From the NCBI GenBank assembly GCA_963808105.1, contig CAWEEH010000001.1, positions 39,082 through 103,081 of the forward strand: a stretch of DNA of 64,000 nucleotides. The letters run 5' to 3'. The notes below the pieces were generated by a model. That model was not told the origin of the DNA, did no database searches, and was given only the letters and a program-made list of their open reading frames with translations. Made by a program: the position numbers and the translations under genes. Shown here piece by piece: positions 20,798 through 31,343 of the stretch. This DNA comes from an uncultured Thermoleophilaceae bacterium. Its GTDB lineage: Bacteria > Actinomycetota > Thermoleophilia > Solirubrobacterales > Thermoleophilaceae. Positions within the stretch are counted from its first letter, which is position 1, and each line of letters opens with the position of its first letter.

Positions 20798-21367
20798 CGC
20801 GGCTGCCACGGCGGCCGGCACCCGCGGGTGACCTGCCAGCGCCCGGGCGTCGGCCGGCCCGTCGAGCTCGCGCTGCACCCCGAGCAGCTCCGTGCGCAGC
20901 CCCAGGGCCTCCGCGCGCTCCAGCGTCCGCTCGAGCACCGCAGGCCCGTCCCAGTCCGCGCCCAGGTCCAGCAGGTCCGGCTGCGGCCGAGCCAGGCCCA
21001 GCAGCCACCAGGCCCCTCCCAGCGAGGGGCCGAGGACCACGTCGGCGCCGCCTCGGAGCACCGCCACCGCCTCGCGCGCATGTGCGCGTGTGAGGATCGG
21101 AACCCGGGTCTCCACCGTGAGGATGGGCTCAAGGCGCTCGGCGAAGACGCGGCCGATGGCCGCGATCAACCGGTCCCCCCTGTCACCGCTTGCCTGGGGA
21201 AAGGCAGTGAGCCCCTCCATCGCCGGCGCCGACTCCCCCGTGTACGCGAAATAGGCGGCGCCGGGCGCGGCCTCCCGGGCCCAGTCCACCGCCACCGCGG
21301 TCAGGACCTCGTTCACGTGGTCGAGCCGGGACGCGCGCTCGACCACGAGCGTGGACGGACACCTCAT
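20783..21367 (-). CDS. DUF2064-like (TIGR04282-type nucleotidyl/glycosyltransferase-fold) protein
   Basis: ATG at 21367 overlaps the stop of the upstream gene by 1 nt. Pattern GDRGDRLIAAIGRVF...GADVVLGPSLGGAWWLLGL...DWDGPAVLERTLERAEALGL resembles the family core. The rest of ORF 20783..22096 is out-of-frame overlap. Confidence 0.5.
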   Translation of the reverse strand: MRCPSTLVVERASRLDHVNEVLTAVAVDWAREAAPGAAYFAYTGESAPAMEGLTAFPQASGDRGDRLIAAIGRVFAERLEPILTVETRVPILTRAHAREAVAVLRGGADVVLGPSLGGAWWLLGLARPQPDLLDLGADWDGPAVLERTLERAEALGLRTELLGVQRELDGPADARALAGHPRVPAAVAAALEQP

Positions 21368-22059
21368 CAGAACAGCTCCGCTACCTCGACGATCACCGGC
21401 GTGAGCACCAGCGCCGGGAGGAAGTTGCCGACCTTCACGTCCTTGAGCTCGAGCAGCTTCAGCGAGATCCCGATGATGAGGATTCCGCCCGCGCTGGTGA
21501 GCGCGGAGAGGGTCTCGCCGGTGAGGATGTCGTCGAACGCGCCCGCGCCGAGCGTGATCGCGCCCTGCACCACGAGCACCGTGATCGCCGCCATGCCGAC
21601 GCCCCATCCGAGGCCGGCCGCCAGGGCAATCGACGCGAACCCGTCCAGCACCGACTTCGTGGCGAGCTGGGTGTACTCGTCGGTGAGCCCGTCCTCGATC
21701 GACCCGAGCACGGTGAGCGGTCCGACGCAGAACAGCAGGCTCGCCGTGACGAACCCCTCGGACACCGTGGAATGCCCCTCGCCGGCCACGGCCCGCTGGA
21801 TCCGGTCGCCCAATCGCTCCAGCCACCGCTCGATCCCGATCGCCTCGCCCACCAGCCCGCCGATCAGCACGCCGCCGAGCACGTACAGCGGATTGGTGTC
21901 GTTCCAGGCGAGCGCGCTGTCCACGCCGATCACCAGCGTGACCAGCCCGAGCCCCGCCATCACGCGCTGCTGGAGCCCCTCCGGCAGCCGCCGGCCGACG
22001 AGCGTCCCGATCAGCGTGCCGACCAGGACCGTGCCCACGTTGATGAATGTCCCGGTCAA
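21367..22059 (-). CDS. DUF554-family membrane protein
   Basis: 230 aa. N-terminus MTGTFINVGTVLVGTLIGTLVGRRLPE and later GSIEDGLTDEYTQLATKSVLDGFASIALAAGLGWGV are typical of the YdfK/YqgA-like family. Confidence 0.65.
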   Translation of the reverse strand: MTGTFINVGTVLVGTLIGTLVGRRLPEGLQQRVMAGLGLVTLVIGVDSALAWNDTNPLYVLGGVLIGGLVGEAIGIERWLERLGDRIQRAVAGEGHSTVSEGFVTASLLFCVGPLTVLGSIEDGLTDEYTQLATKSVLDGFASIALAAGLGWGVGMAAITVLVVQGAITLGAGAFDDILTGETLSALTSAGGILIIGISLKLLELKDVKVGNFLPALVLTPVIVEVAELF

Positions 22060-22077
22060 GCGGGATAGGCTCGCACG

Positions 22078-23590
22078 ATGAGCGACAACCTGGCACGCAT
22101 CCTCACCGAAGCCGCGGAGCAGAACGCCGACGGCATCGCCATCAAGCTCGACGACACCGAGGTGAGCTTCGGCGCCCTCGACGAGGGCAGCGCCCGGATG
22201 GCGGGCATCCTCAAGGAGAAGGGCATGCAGCCCGGCGACCGCGTCGGGCGTGATGCTGCCGAACGTCCCCTACTTCCCCATCGCCTACTACGGCGTGCTG
22301 CGCGCCGGCGGCGTGGTCGTGCCGATGAACGTGCTGCTCAAGGGGCGCGAGGTGGGCTTCTACCTGGAGGACCCGGGCGCGAAGATCTGCATCGCCTGGG
22401 GCGACTTCGCCGAGGCAGCCGAGAAGGGCGCGGCCGACGCCGGCGCCGAGTGCATCCTGGTGAGGCCGGGCGAGTTCGAGGGGATGCTGGGCGAGGCCGA
22501 GCCCGACCACGGCCTGGCCGACCGCGACGCTGACGACACGGCGGTGATCCTCTACACGTCGGGCACCACCGGCAAGCCGAAGGGCGCCGAGCTGACCCAC
22601 GACAACCTGTTCAAGAACTGCACCGTGGCCGCGTCGACGCTGGCGGGCATCAGCGACGAGGACAAGCTGCTCGGCGCGCTGCCGCTGTTCCACAGCTTCG
22701 GGCAGACGTGCACGCTGAACGCCGGCATCTGCAATCGGGCCATGCTCTCGATGATCCCCCGCTTCGACCCGGACAAGGCGCTGGAGATCATCGCCCGCGA
22801 CGGCATCACGATCTTCCAGGGCGTGCCCACGATGTACAACGCGATGCTCAGCTGCGAGAGCGCGGACTCGGCCGACACCTCCACCCTGCGCCTCTGCATG
22901 TCCGGCGGCGCCGCGATGCCCGAAGAGGTGATGCGGAAGTTCGAGGACAAGTTCGGCTGCAAGGTGCTCGAGGGCTACGGCCTCTCGGAGACCTCACCCG
23001 TCGCGTCGTTCAACCACCCCGACAAGGAGCGCAAGCCCGGATCGATCGGCACCCCGATCGACGGCGTCGAGATGAAGGTCGTCGACGACGACGGCAAGGA
23101 GGTCGAGCAGGGCGAGGTCGGCGAGATCCTGATCAAGGGCCACAACATCATGAAGGGCTACTGGAACCGCGAGGAGGCGACCGCCGAGGCGATCAAGGAC
23201 GGCTGGTTCGCCTCCGGTGACATGGCCAAGATCGACGAGGACGGCTACTTCTTCATCGTCGATCGCAAGAAGGACCTGATCATTCGCGGCGGCTACAACG
23301 TCTACCCGCGCGAGATCGAGGAGGTGCTCTACGAGCACCCCGCCGTTCAGGAGGCCGCCGTGATCGGCGTCCCCCACGACGAACTCGGCGAGGAGGTGGG
23401 CGCGGCGATCGTGCTCAAGGCGGGCGAGGACGCCAACGCCGACACGATCAAGCAGTACGTGAAGGACGAGGTGGCCGCGTACAAGTACCCGCGCCAGGTG
23501 TGGTTCATGGACGAGCTGCCCAAGGGCCCGACCGGCAAGATCCTCAAGCGCGAGATCGAGGCGCCGGCGGAGGCGAAGGCCGAGGCCTAG
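22078..23590 (+). CDS. long-chain-fatty-acid--CoA ligase / AMP-dependent synthetase. One frame break as assembled (+1 in the GGG run at 22246-22248).
   Basis: ORF 22078.. ends ...QPGDRVG and ORF 22250.. continues VMLPNVPYFPIAYYG. AMP-binding motif ILYTSGTTGKPKGA. C-terminal region includes PKGPTGKILKRE. Length is 3n+1. Confidence 0.85.
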
Positions 23591-23879
23591 TCGCCCGGCG
23601 AGACGTGCCGAAGCGCCTGGTGCTCGGCGGGGTATTCCTGGCCGCCGCGATCGGGTTGCTGTGGTCTGGATTCTCCAGGCGATGGGTGCCGGTCTCATCG
23701 GATGCGCGCTGCTCCTCATCGGCACGCGTCTTCCTACGCGATAGGCCGCGGCCCGAGAATTCCCGCGCTCGCAGGGGAGCTGTGCGGACTTTGCCACCCA
23801 TACGGTGGTTAACTCCGGACAGCGGAGGGACCGAGGCCGGGTAAGCCACCCATGCGGTGGCTGACTCTCCACCGCGTCC

Positions 23880-24987
23880 TCAGCCGTAAGTGATCACTGA
23901 GCGAATCCCGTCCTGAGCCTCCATCAGATCGAAGCCCCTTGTTCACCTCGTCGAGCGTGAGCTCGTGTGAGATCAGCGGATCCACGTCCAGCTCGCCCTT
24001 GAGGTAGAGGTCCACGAACTCGGGCACCTGGTCGCGCCCCTTGCAGCCGCCGAACGAGGACCCGGCCACGCGCCGGCCGGTGATCAGGAAGCGCGGCACG
24101 ATGTCGAGCGTCTCGCCCTTGCCGGCCACACCGGCCACCGTGCACAGCCCCCATCCCATGCGGGCCGACTCCACGGCCTGGCGCATCACGCCCACCAGGC
24201 CGGTGGCCTCGAAGGTGTAGTCCGCGCCGAAGCCGTCGGTCATCTCGAGGATGCGGTCCACGGTGTCGTCGCCGCCCACGAACGTGTCGGTGGCGCCCTG
24301 CCCCTTCGCCAGCTCGAGGCGATCCTCCGACAGGTCCACGCACACGATCCGCTCGGCGCCCTGAAGCCGGGCGCCCGCAACGGCGCCGAGGCCGACCAGG
24401 CCGGCGCCGAACACCACGCAAGTCGAGCCCTCCTCCACCTTGGCGGTGTTGATCGCTGCGCCGAGGCCGGTTGACAGGCCGCAGGCGAACGGCGCGGCAT
24501 GCGTGGCCGGGGCGTCGGCGCTGACCACCGCCAGCGCGATCTCGGGGATCACGGCGTACTCGGCGAAGGTGGAGGTGCCCATGAAGTGGCGCATGCCCTC
24601 GCCGTCGAGGCTGAGGCGGGTGGTCCCGTCGGGCAGATGACCCTTGTTCTGCTCCTCGCGGATGGCGATGCAGAGGTTGGTCTTGGGGCTCACGCAGTGG
24701 ATGCACTCGCCGCATTGCGGTGAGAACAGGGTGACCACGCGGTCGCCCTCCTTCACCAGCGACGTGCCCTCCCCCAGCTTCTCCACGATGCCGCAGCCCT
24801 CATGGCCGAGCACGGTGGGCGCGTAGCCCGACGGGTCCGCGCCGGACGCCGTGTACATGTCGGTGTGGCACACCCCGCACGCCTCGAGGCGCACCAGCAC
24901 CTCGCCCTCCTTGGGCTCGGCCAGCTCCACCTCCCGAACGGCCAGGGGCTTGCCGAACTCCTCGAGTACTGCAGCTCTGATCCTCAT
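23880..24987 (-). CDS. zinc-dependent alcohol dehydrogenase, class III / S-(hydroxymethyl)mycothiol dehydrogenase-like. One frame break near the 3' end (+1 in the run at 23935-23938).
   Basis: ATG at 24987. Motifs GVCHTD, GHEGCGIV, CGECIHC and GAGLVGLG. After ...LDEVNKG the adjacent frame gives the canonical tail FDLMEAQDGIRSVITYG with a stop at 23880. Length is 3n+1. Confidence 0.85.
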
Positions 24988-25010
24988 GGCGCTAGTCCAC
25001 CACATGCCGC

Positions 25011-25589
25011 GTGGCCGCGCATAGACTCGCCGCGATGAGCGACTACCCACGCACCATCGACAACGGCGCCGGAGAGCGCCTCACCTTCGTCGGCGTCGGC
25101 TCCGACGAGAAGGGCGACTACCTGGAGATCAGGAACGTCGTGTCGCCGGGCGCCGGTCCGCCGATGCACGTCCATCGGCTTCAGGAGGAGGGGCTGACGG
25201 TGGAGAGCGGCACGATGGCCTGGCAGCGCCCCGGCGAGGAGGAGCAGATCGCGAAGGCCGGCGAGTCGATCACGTTCGCGCCGGGCGACGTCCACCGGTT
25301 CTGGAACGCGGGCGACGACGACCTGGTCGGCACCGGCTACGTCCGCCCGCCCGACAACCTCGAGTACTTCCTCACGCAGATCTACGCGTCGACGAAGGCC
25401 GCGGGCGGCGAGCGCCCACGCATCTTCGACGCCGCCTATCTCACCACGCGATACCGCACGGAGTTCGGGATGGCGGAGATCCCCCAGCCCGTGCAGCGCC
25501 TGGTGTTCCCGGTCGTCGTGGCGATCGGCAAGCTCTTCGGGCTGGGCAAGCGCTTCGAGGGCGCACCCGAGCCGATCAGCCGCCCCTAG
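25011..25589 (+). CDS. cupin-domain protein
   Basis: Cupin motifs GPPMHVHRLQEE and FAPGDVHRFWN. The more likely start is the ATG at 25035. Confidence 0.55.
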   Translation: MAAHRLAAMSDYPRTIDNGAGERLTFVGVGSDEKGDYLEIRNVVSPGAGPPMHVHRLQEEGLTVESGTMAWQRPGEEEQIAKAGESITFAPGDVHRFWNAGDDDLVGTGYVRPPDNLEYFLTQIYASTKAAGGERPRIFDAAYLTTRYRTEFGMAEIPQPVQRLVFPVVVAIGKLFGLGKRFEGAPEPISRP

Positions 25590-27679
25590 GCCGGCGTAAC
25601 GACCTCGGGGCGACGCTTCGCCTGACCGACTGCGGCCTCCAGCGCCTGGACGCAGACCGGGTCGAACTGGGTGCCGGAACACTCGCGCAGCTCGGCGATC
25701 GCCGCCTCCGCCGACCCGCCCTTGCGGTAGGGGCGATCCGAAGTCATCGCCTCGAAGGCGTCCGCGACGAAGATAATCCGAGATTCGAGCGGCAGCTCGT
25801 CCGCCGCTAACCCCGTCGGATAACCGCGCCCGTCGACCCGCTCGTGGTGATGAAGGATCCAGGTGGCCTCTTCCTCGAGGCCGGCGGCGAGCACGATGTC
25901 GCGCCCGAGCGCGGAGTGGGTCCTCATCACCTCGAACTCTTCCTCGTCGAGTGGGCCGGGCTTCTGGAGGATCGCGTCGGGGATGCCGATCTTGCCCACG
26001 TCGTGGAGCAGCCCGGCGAGCCGGAGTCGCGCCGAGCGCTTGGGACCAAGCCCGAGCTGTTCGGCGATCAGCACACACGTCTCGGCCACCGTCTCGCAGT
26101 GACTGCGGGTGTAGGAGTCCTTCGCGTCCACGGCCCGGGCGAGCGACGTGGCGAGGGTCTTCGTATGGCGGTCGCGCTCGTCGGGGTCGCCCTCCACCGC
26201 TGGGCGCTCGAGGGCGTCGGTATAGATCACGGCCTTGCGCGCGGACACCTTGGCCTCGATCAGCGCCAGGTCGGCGGCACGGATCAGCCCGTCCTTGCGC
26301 ATGCCCGGGGCCAGCTGTGCGACCCCGGCCGAAACGGCGGGTGCGCTGCGCATGTACCCGCCCGCCACGACGGTCTGAAGCCGCTCGGAGAACGCGAAGC
26401 CGCTCCAGGCCGTGGCGCCACGCAGGATCACGGCGAACTCGTCGCCACCCACCCGGTAGGCCTCGTCCCCCCTCCGCAAGAGCGACACGAGGCCGCGAGA
26501 AAACGCGGTCAGGCGACCGTCACCGGCCTGGTGGCCGAGCGTGTCGTTGGTGAGCTTGAGACCAACGAGGTCGAGCATGACCAGCGTCACCTGGGCGCGC
26601 TCGCTGACTATGGCGGCCAGGTCCTCGTGGAACGCGCGGTGGTTGCACAACCCGGTCAGGCTGTCCGAGAGCGCCGCTCCGCGCAACGCCTCGTTGCGGC
26701 GGTTGAGCTGGCGGATCTCCCGGAAGCGCAGGGCACCCCGTACCGAGATCGCGAGCAGCGTGGCCGTGGCGAACAGCGCCGCGAGCAGCGGGATGCCGGC
26801 GACGTTTCCGTAGACGAGGACGCCGAGCGCCAGGGCGGCGAACAGGCCCGGCGCCATATAGCCGCGCCAGCTGTCCCCCGCTTCCTCTGAGCGGGAGTCC
26901 GCAGGTCGCGCCCAGGCCGCCCAGGCGATGAGGCACATCGTGAGCGGCCACGCCGCATCGAGAAGCGTGCCGGGGACGTAGTCGCCGGCAGCGCTCCGGT
27001 AGAGGTACACGGAGTCCGCCACCACCATCACGGTGAACGCAGCGCCGAGCAGCGCCAGCGGCCGGTCCGGCCTCCACCCACTCAGCGCCAGCATCGTGAC
27101 GATCATGGAGAGCATCACGAGGTCTGCGAGCGGGTAGGCGAGGTTCACGGCCACCCCCGCCGAGCTGCCTCCTCCCGTGGCATCCAGAACGGGCTGGAAT
27201 ACCACTGCGGTGCTGACCGCGGCGAGCGACAGCGCGCCGATCAGCCCGTCGAGCCAGAGGCTGCGCGAGAAGCTGCGCAGACGGGTGCGCATGAAGAGGA
27301 GGAGGCCGACGTAGTAGGCCACGTAGCCCGCGAGCCAGGGAGCGTCCGAGATCGACGGGTAGGGAATCGGGTCCAGTTGCTCCACGTAGAGCCAGTACAG
27401 GAGCCAGGCCGCGGTGCTGAGCCCGGTCGCGATCGCGAAGGCGATCCACGGGCCGCCGTCCCCTCGCCCGCGCGCGCCGCGGATCGCGCAGATCGCCGCG
27501 CTTGCCACGAAGATCCCCGCGAACAGGCCCTTCTCGAGCGCTTCCGGAGCGTCGGAGCCCACCACGTTGCCCACGGCGCAGATGTGGGCGACGAGCGCCA
27601 GCCCGGCCAGCCAGCCGAGCACGGGCACCGCTTTGGGAAGGCGCGGCCCGCGCACCGCCGTCGGGTTGGAATCTGGCAT
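25586..27679 (-). CDS. membrane-bound signalling protein with GGDEF and HD-GYP domains (c-di-GMP turnover)
   Basis: 697 aa with a polytopic N-terminus. GGDEF region is LTGLCNHRAF ... RVGGDEFAVIL. HD-GYP region is HCETVAE, LAGLLHDVGKIGIPD and HHHERVDGRGYPTGL. Confidence 0.8.
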   Translation of the reverse strand: MPDSNPTAVRGPRLPKAVPVLGWLAGLALVAHICAVGNVVGSDAPEALEKGLFAGIFVASAAICAIRGARGRGDGGPWIAFAIATGLSTAAWLLYWLYVEQLDPIPYPSISDAPWLAGYVAYYVGLLLFMRTRLRSFSRSLWLDGLIGALSLAAVSTAVVFQPVLDATGGGSSAGVAVNLAYPLADLVMLSMIVTMLALSGWRPDRPLALLGAAFTVMVVADSVYLYRSAAGDYVPGTLLDAAWPLTMCLIAWAAWARPADSRSEEAGDSWRGYMAPGLFAALALGVLVYGNVAGIPLLAALFATATLLAISVRGALRFREIRQLNRRNEALRGAALSDSLTGLCNHRAFHEDLAAIVSERAQVTLVMLDLVGLKLTNDTLGHQAGDGRLTAFSRGLVSLLRRGDEAYRVGGDEFAVILRGATAWSGFAFSERLQTVVAGGYMRSAPAVSAGVAQLAPGMRKDGLIRAADLALIEAKVSARKAVIYTDALERPAVEGDPDERDRHTKTLATSLARAVDAKDSYTRSHCETVAETCVLIAEQLGLGPKRSARLRLAGLLHDVGKIGIPDAILQKPGPLDEEEFEVMRTHSALGRDIVLAAGLEEEATWILHHHERVDGRGYPTGLAADELPLESRIIFVADAFEAMTSDRPYRKGGSAEAAIAELRECSGTQFDPVCVQALEAAVGQAKRRPEVVTPA

Positions 27680-27709
27680 GCCTATTCATCTATCGGCAGG
27701 CGCGGAGCT

Positions 27710-29260
27710 TCACTCCACAACGAGCCCGTGGCGCATGGTGTTCTCGGTGACCACCCGCGGCTCGGTGAACTGCAGCAGGTAGCCGGGCCCGCCCGCCTTC
27801 GCCCCGATGCCCGAGCGGCGGTTGCCGCCGAAGGGCTGGCGGGCCACCATCGCGCCGGTGATGCCGCGGTTCACGTAGAGGTTGCCGACCGGGGTCCGGG
27901 CGGCCACCGCCGCCACGGTGTCCGGGTTGCGGGAGAACAGGCCGCCGGTGAGCGCCACCGGCAGCGACGTCCACCACCTCGCACGCCGCCTCGACCGACT
28001 CCACGGGCTCCACCGTGAGCAGCGGCCCGAACACCTCCTCGCGCAGCACCCGCGCTTCCGTATCCAGTCCGCTGGCAAGCGTCGGCGGGCAGAACCAGCC
28101 GCCCTCGGGCGCGCCGGCCTGGGCGGCGATCTGACCCTTCGCGGCGGCCTCCTCCGCGTAGCCGCGCACGCGCTCCCGCGCCTCGGAGTCGATCACCGGC
28201 GGCACCTCGGTGGCGAAGCGCTCGGCCTGGCCCACGTCGAGCACCTCGACGGCGCCCGCCAGGCGCTCGACCAGCCCGTCGTGCACCGCCTCGTGGGCCA
28301 GCACTCGCGCGGCGGCCGAGCACTTCTGCCCGGCGAACCCGAACGCCGAGTGCACCACCGCGGGCACCACCTCGTCGAGGTCGGCGTCGGAGTCCACGAT
28401 CACGCAGTTCTTGCCGCCCATCTCCGCCACCACGCGCTTCACGTGGCCCTGCCCGTCGGGAGTCTCCGCGGCCGACCTGATGATCTCCAGCCCGACGGCC
28501 GCCGAGCCGGTGAAGGCGATCGTGTGCACGCGCGGGTCGCCCACCAGGGCGGCCCCGGCGTCGCCGAAGCCGGGAACGAGCGACAGCGCGTCCCGAGGCA
28601 GCCCGGCGCCGCGCAGCGCCTCCACCAGCATCAGCGCACACGCGGGCGACTGCTCGGCCGGCTTGAGCACCACGGCGTTGCCCGCGGCCAGCGCCGCCGC
28701 TGTCATGCCCGTGGCGATCGCGAGCGGGAAGTTCCACGGCGCGATCACGGCCGCCACGCCGCGCGAGGTGCATGGCGCATCGTGTTGCGCTCCCCGGGCA
28801 CCTGGAGCAGCGCCGGCCCCTCGTCGAGCGCCACCGCCGCTCGCGCGTAGTACTCGAGGAAGTCGATCGCCTCGCAGGCGTCGGCGTCGGCCTCTGCCCA
28901 GGGCTTCGCGCACTCGCGCACCATCAGGGCGGCCAGCTCGAGGCGGCGCTCGCGCAGCGCGGCGGCGGCGCGGACGAGCACGGCCGCGCGATCGGCCGCA
29001 GGCGTGATGCCCCACTCGGCGAACCCCGCCGTGGCCAGCGAGACAGCCTCAGCGGCATCGCCGGCCGACGCGCGTCCCGCCGTCGCCACCACCCGCGAGG
29101 GCTCGCCCGGGTCCGTCGAATCGAAGCCCTCCGTGGCGCCGTCCAGCAGCGGCACCGCGAGCGGCAGCCGCGAGTCCAGCTCGGCAAGCGCCGCCGTGAG
29201 CGAGTCGCGCACGGGGGCACGGCGCAGCTCAAGGACCGGCTCGTTGGCGAAGGCCTTCAC
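27710..29260 (-). CDS. pruA: L-glutamate gamma-semialdehyde (P5C) dehydrogenase, aldehyde dehydrogenase family. Two frame breaks as assembled (+2 in the gcgcgc run at 28759-28765, +1 near 27965).
   Basis: GTG at 29260 overlaps the upstream stop as GTGA. Motifs VIAPWNFPLAI, FTGSAAVG, EMGGKN, FGFAGQKCSA (catalytic Cys) and ALTGGLFSR. Three ORF pieces are used. Total length is 3n, consistent with 3 extra nt. Confidence 0.8.
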
Positions 29261-30589
29261 GGCGCCGCGAGCAGCTCCTCGACCGGCGCGCCCCGCTGCT
29301 GCTCTCCGAGGAACGAGTCGTTGGCCGTGTTCTCCAGCAGCCGCCGCACGAGGTAGGCCATGCCCGCCACCAGATCGCCCACCGGGCAGTAGGCGCGCAC
29401 GCGGTGCCCGCCGGAGGCGAGCGCCTCCTGGAGCTCGTCGCCCAGCCCGCGGAGGATCTGCAGCTCGAGGTCGCGGTCCTCCCCGGCGGTCGATCGGTTC
29501 CACGCGATCGCGTGCGCCACCGAGCGAAGGTTGTGCGAGGCGATCGCCACGCGGAAGAGGGGCCGGGCGTCGAGCAGCCGGCGGGTGAGCTCCTCGAAGT
29601 TGCGGTCGGACTCGGCCTTCACCTCGAACACCGGCGGCGACCAGCCGTGCTGGCGCGCCTCCACCACCTCGTGGTCCCAGTAGGCGCCCTTCACCAGCCG
29701 CACGGTGAGCGGCGGCCGGCGCGAGCTCGCCTGCGCCCACTCGATCAACCGGTCCAGCTGGGCGGGCGACTCGCGCAGGTAGGCCTGGAGCACCACGCCC
29801 GACGAGGGGCCGTCGCGGAACTCGGGCTCGTCGAGCAGCTCGTGCACCAGCTCCATCGTGGTCTCGAAGGCGTCGAGCGACTCCATGTCGATGTGCAGGT
29901 GGGCCTCGAGCTCCTTGGCGCGGCGCAGGAGCGGGCGCATCCGCGCAGCCGCGTCGTCACGACCCTTCTCCGGGCGCCTCGGGACGCATCAGCGGCGTGA
30001 GGGCGGAGACCTTCACCGACAGGTTCACGCGCGGAAGCGGGCCGAGCGAGTCGGCCTCCAGCCCCGGGCGTGCGGGCCACCTCGGCAGCGCGGCGGCGAG
30101 GGTCTCGAGCGCCTCCAGGCAGCGTGCGGCGTAGCGGTCGGCCTCCTCGCTGGTCACGGTGGCCTCGCCGAGCAGGTCGACCGAGGTGGCCGCACCGCTG
30201 TCCCACAGCTCGCGCAGCGTCTTCAGCGCCGCCTTCGGCGACTCGCCCACGATGAACCGGTGGGCCATATGGCGCACCCCGCCCGCGGCGGCCACGCCCA
30301 GGGCCTGGCGGCCGGCACGCGACCCCGAGGCCTTCATCGCCGCCTCGATCGGAGGCGGGCGGTCGCCCACCTCGCCGAGGTAGGCGCCCAGGTGGCGGGC
30401 GAGGTCATCGAGCGAGCGCGTGGCCGGAGTCACGTCGACGAGGCGGAAGAGCGCGGCCCGCAGCTCGTCATCGCGCGAGGCCAGCTCCATCGCCTTCGCG
30501 TCCATGGCCTTCATTGGGTTGCGCGAGGCCTTCGGGAGCGCGGCGTGCAGCTCGCGGCCGATCTCGCCGATCCGCTGTTCGACATCCAT
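29257..30589 (-). CDS. proline dehydrogenase. One frame break as assembled (+1 near 29971).
   Basis: ORFs 29957..30589 and 29257..29940 join as ...PLMRPEAP/EKGRDDAAARMRPLLRRAKELEAHLHIDME. PRODH-like motifs LVKGAYWDHE, VAIASHNLRS and LQILRGLGDEL. Length is 3n+1. Confidence 0.75.
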
Positions 30590-30659
30590 GCGCCCCCAAC
30601 GCTACTCCGCGGGGTTTCGAGTGTTCCAATGGACGTACCCGAGATTTTCCGGAGGTTCG

Positions 30660-31259
30660 ATGACGTCCCTGACCAAGATGCGAGCGCTGGCGCTGAGCGC
30701 CGTCGCCGCTGTGGCGCTCACCAGCGCCGTGGCCGCCGAGGCCGGCAAGGGCAACAAGCAGCGCGTGAAGCTGGACGGCAACCAGACCACACTGACGCTC
30801 TCCGCGCCGGTGAGCCAGGCGCTCGCCGACAAGGGCGTGACGATCTCGCCGCTGGGCAAGGCCACCGCCGGCGATGCCGGCTCCGTGGTGCTGCCGATCA
30901 CGGGCGGCCGCATCAACCCAACGAACCTGCGCGGCTTCGTGCGCCACGCCGGTGGCGTGAAGCTCACGAAGGGCGATCGCTCGCTGAGCCTGCGCCGGTT
31001 CAAGATCGTGTCGACCAAGCGCGGTGCCTACCTGGCCCTGCATGTGAAGGCCCGCAGGCGCGGCCACGGGCGCAAGCTGGTGCTCGCTCGGCTGGCAGGC
31101 GTCCAGCGCAGTGAGGCCAACGGCGTGACCACCGTCACGGCCAACCTGCGCCTCACCAAGCGCGCGGCGAAGCTGATCCGAAACCGCTTCGGCGTCGCGG
31201 CAGCGCGGAAGGGCGCGCTGCTCGGCACCGTCAAGGTCGAGGCGAAGCCCAAGTCGTAA
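30660..31259 (+). CDS. hypothetical secreted protein (beta-rich, basic C-terminus)
   Basis: ATG at 30660 is preceded by GGAGG. Signal peptide is MTSLTKMRALALSAVAAVALTSAVAAEA. No confident family, only a weak HtaA-like impression. Confidence 0.45.
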   Translation: MTSLTKMRALALSAVAAVALTSAVAAEAGKGNKQRVKLDGNQTTLTLSAPVSQALADKGVTISPLGKATAGDAGSVVLPITGGRINPTNLRGFVRHAGGVKLTKGDRSLSLRRFKIVSTKRGAYLALHVKARRRGHGRKLVLARLAGVQRSEANGVTTVTANLRLTKRAAKLIRNRFGVAAARKGALLGTVKVEAKPKS

Positions 31260-31343
31260 CGAGCCCAGTCCAAGGATGGACTGCCAAGCGGGCGGCCTTC
31301 GGGTCGCCCGCTTGTGTTTCAAAGTGAGGGGTACGCAATCTCC

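Noticed and set aside
20783-22096. A single 437-aa protein spanning the whole ORF 20783..22096.
   Set aside because: Its N-terminal 240 aa are an Arg/Gly-rich out-of-frame overlap of the well-formed DUF554 gene (21367..22059). The recognisable domain starts at the ATG at 21367.
23605-23760. A possible tiny two-TM membrane protein (VPKRLVLGGVFLAAAIGLLWSGFS ... QAMGAGLIGCALLLIGTRLPTR) in the gap after the acyl-CoA ligase.
   Set aside because: It needs a -1 shift to join the two hydrophobic pieces. GC3 is lower than in neighbouring genes, there is no RBS and no recognisable family. The evidence is insufficient.
27710-30589. One fused bifunctional PutA gene.
   Set aside because: The PRODH frame ends in a TGA that overlaps a GTG (GTGA) opening the aldehyde-dehydrogenase frame. 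The shift there is -1, unlike the insertion-type breaks. Two coupled genes explain it without invoking an error.
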